A DNA stretch of 63,564 nucleotides, filler included, from Octopus bimaculoides (Eukaryota): assembly GCF_001194135.2 (NCBI RefSeq). It is 10 parts of 9 records of this genome, joined end to end, with 100 filler letters (N's around TTAATTAATTAA, not from the genome) between each part and the next. Parts side by side here need not be neighbours in the genome. Positions count along the whole stretch, not along the records: positions 61,421 to 63,564 come from NW_026320131.1; 9 more parts are not named here. One strand, written 5' to 3'. The translations under genes were made by a program, and so were the position numbers. Of this stretch, positions 62,246 to 63,564 are shown piece after piece. Every line of letters starts with the position of its first letter. The first letter of the stretch is position 1. Under the pieces are notes generated by a model that worked only from the letters and a program-made list of their open reading frames with translations, had not been told where the DNA came from and did no database searches.

Positions 62246-62657
62246 GCCTTGGTATGCATGCACACCTGATTTTTTAAACATATATATACACACACACACA
62301 CACACACATCTATAAATAAACTTTTTGTTCTTTTCCTTCTCTATTAATCAATAACTTTCGTGCTCTATAGGAAAATAACCTGCAATTTTTATGCATTCAT
62401 GAAACACACAGAGCCATGAATGTTGTCAACACAAACAATGAGAAATGACGTCAACACGCACTCACACACACACACAGACGCACACACACGCATTCATATA
62501 AATGTACAGAGTCACATACATAATTGTTTTGTCACCAACAAACACGCTTATGTAACAATAAAAACTGAAAGGAAAAAGTGAGTTTTTCAGTCTGCTTTTT
62601 CCGTCTTTGAGACAGAACACACATATATATGTATGTATGTGTATATGTATGTGTGAA

Positions 62658-62820
62658 GGCATGTGGCTCAGTGGTTAGGGCATTTGGCTCACGATCATAA
62701 GGTCGTGAGTTCAATTCCCGGCGCCGCAGTGTGCCCGGCGACGCATTGTGAAATAAAGCAATACTCTTTATTTCACGTTGCTCCAGTCCACTCAGCTGGC
62801 AAAAATGAGGAGTACCTGTA
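62658..62820 (+). mobile_element. SINE C'-type head
   Basis: tggctcagtggttagg...gagttcaattccc...atttcacgttgctccagtccactcagctgg. Confidence 0.75.
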
Positions 62821-63564
62821 TCTCAGCAACTTGCCAATCAATGATATATATGCATTAAATATGTTACATACATAGCTATTTTAATTCAATGCCTCCTCAA
62901 TTGCATGTTCTGGATTTTTAATCAGCCAAGCAGCTATTTGCAACATCAGTGAATGTTTTATTCATTGTTTCCCCTGCCAAAGGCAACAAATTCTTGTCTG
63001 ATTATGCAGCTGGCTGTAAGTACATGTCATTAGAAAGGTCCAAAAGTGCTGTAACGCATCTAGCACGCTTGCTGGCTTTGCCAGAGTGAATATTCTTTTT
63101 TTTTTCTCTTTCTTTTTATCTTCCTCTGAAATTTATTGCCTCTTTAAACATATCACATCCATAAGAGATGTTATCTCAAGACAAACATCACAGTAAGTTG
63201 GCTGTCAACACTGTATATATATATATACATACATACATGTGTGTGTATGTTTTAAATATAATACATAGATAGCTATCTCATTGAGTTTATTATGTAAATC
63301 CCTGTAGGTATGAAACACTTAATGTTTTACTAAATTATCCTGATTAATGTAATTTCTCACCAGCTAAATGGTTTATGTAATTTTATTTTGACATTTGTGC
63401 TTGTGAGCTAACAATTATCAATATATATATATATATATGTATGTGTGTATATGTGTTACGTTTATGCATAAAATCTATTCCTTTCTTCCAACGAATCTAG
63501 TGCTCTTAGCTTAAATTTTCCTTGGGGCTGGCCAGATTGGAGCAGTCTCAAGTATAACCAGCCG

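Overview
Eukaryotic, AT-rich, repeat-dense and heavily gapped draft-assembly sequence. The SINE content and gap style suggest an octopus genome (inference, not proven). The only host gene I can support is on the minus strand: eight phase-compatible GT-AG exons between 30304 and 21493. They splice into one open frame matching the C-terminal Sec63 domain and Cys/His zinc-finger region of the meiotic helicase HFM1/MER3 (match made from memory of the human protein). Its helicase-core exons and last exons were not found in the readable sequence. The rest is mostly mobile DNA: at least three tRNA-derived SINE families with shuffled modules; decayed LINE fragments (Tx1/L1, RTE, R4-like, Penelope-like); Tc1- and mariner-type transposase relics; hAT MITEs with target-site duplications; fold-back elements; Helitron/Helentron-like ends; microsatellites; and tandem arrays. 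The most interesting non-gene signals are two minimal type-I hammerhead-ribozyme-like motifs with non-canonical cores (33421-33460, 34590-34626) and a 70-bp intronic minisatellite in which six of eight units carry a perfect heat-shock element (22820-23355). Most ORFs in the supplied track are microsatellite or N-gap artefacts. Three apparent duplications are probably assembly overlaps. Family labels A-F are my own, and repeat boundaries are approximate.
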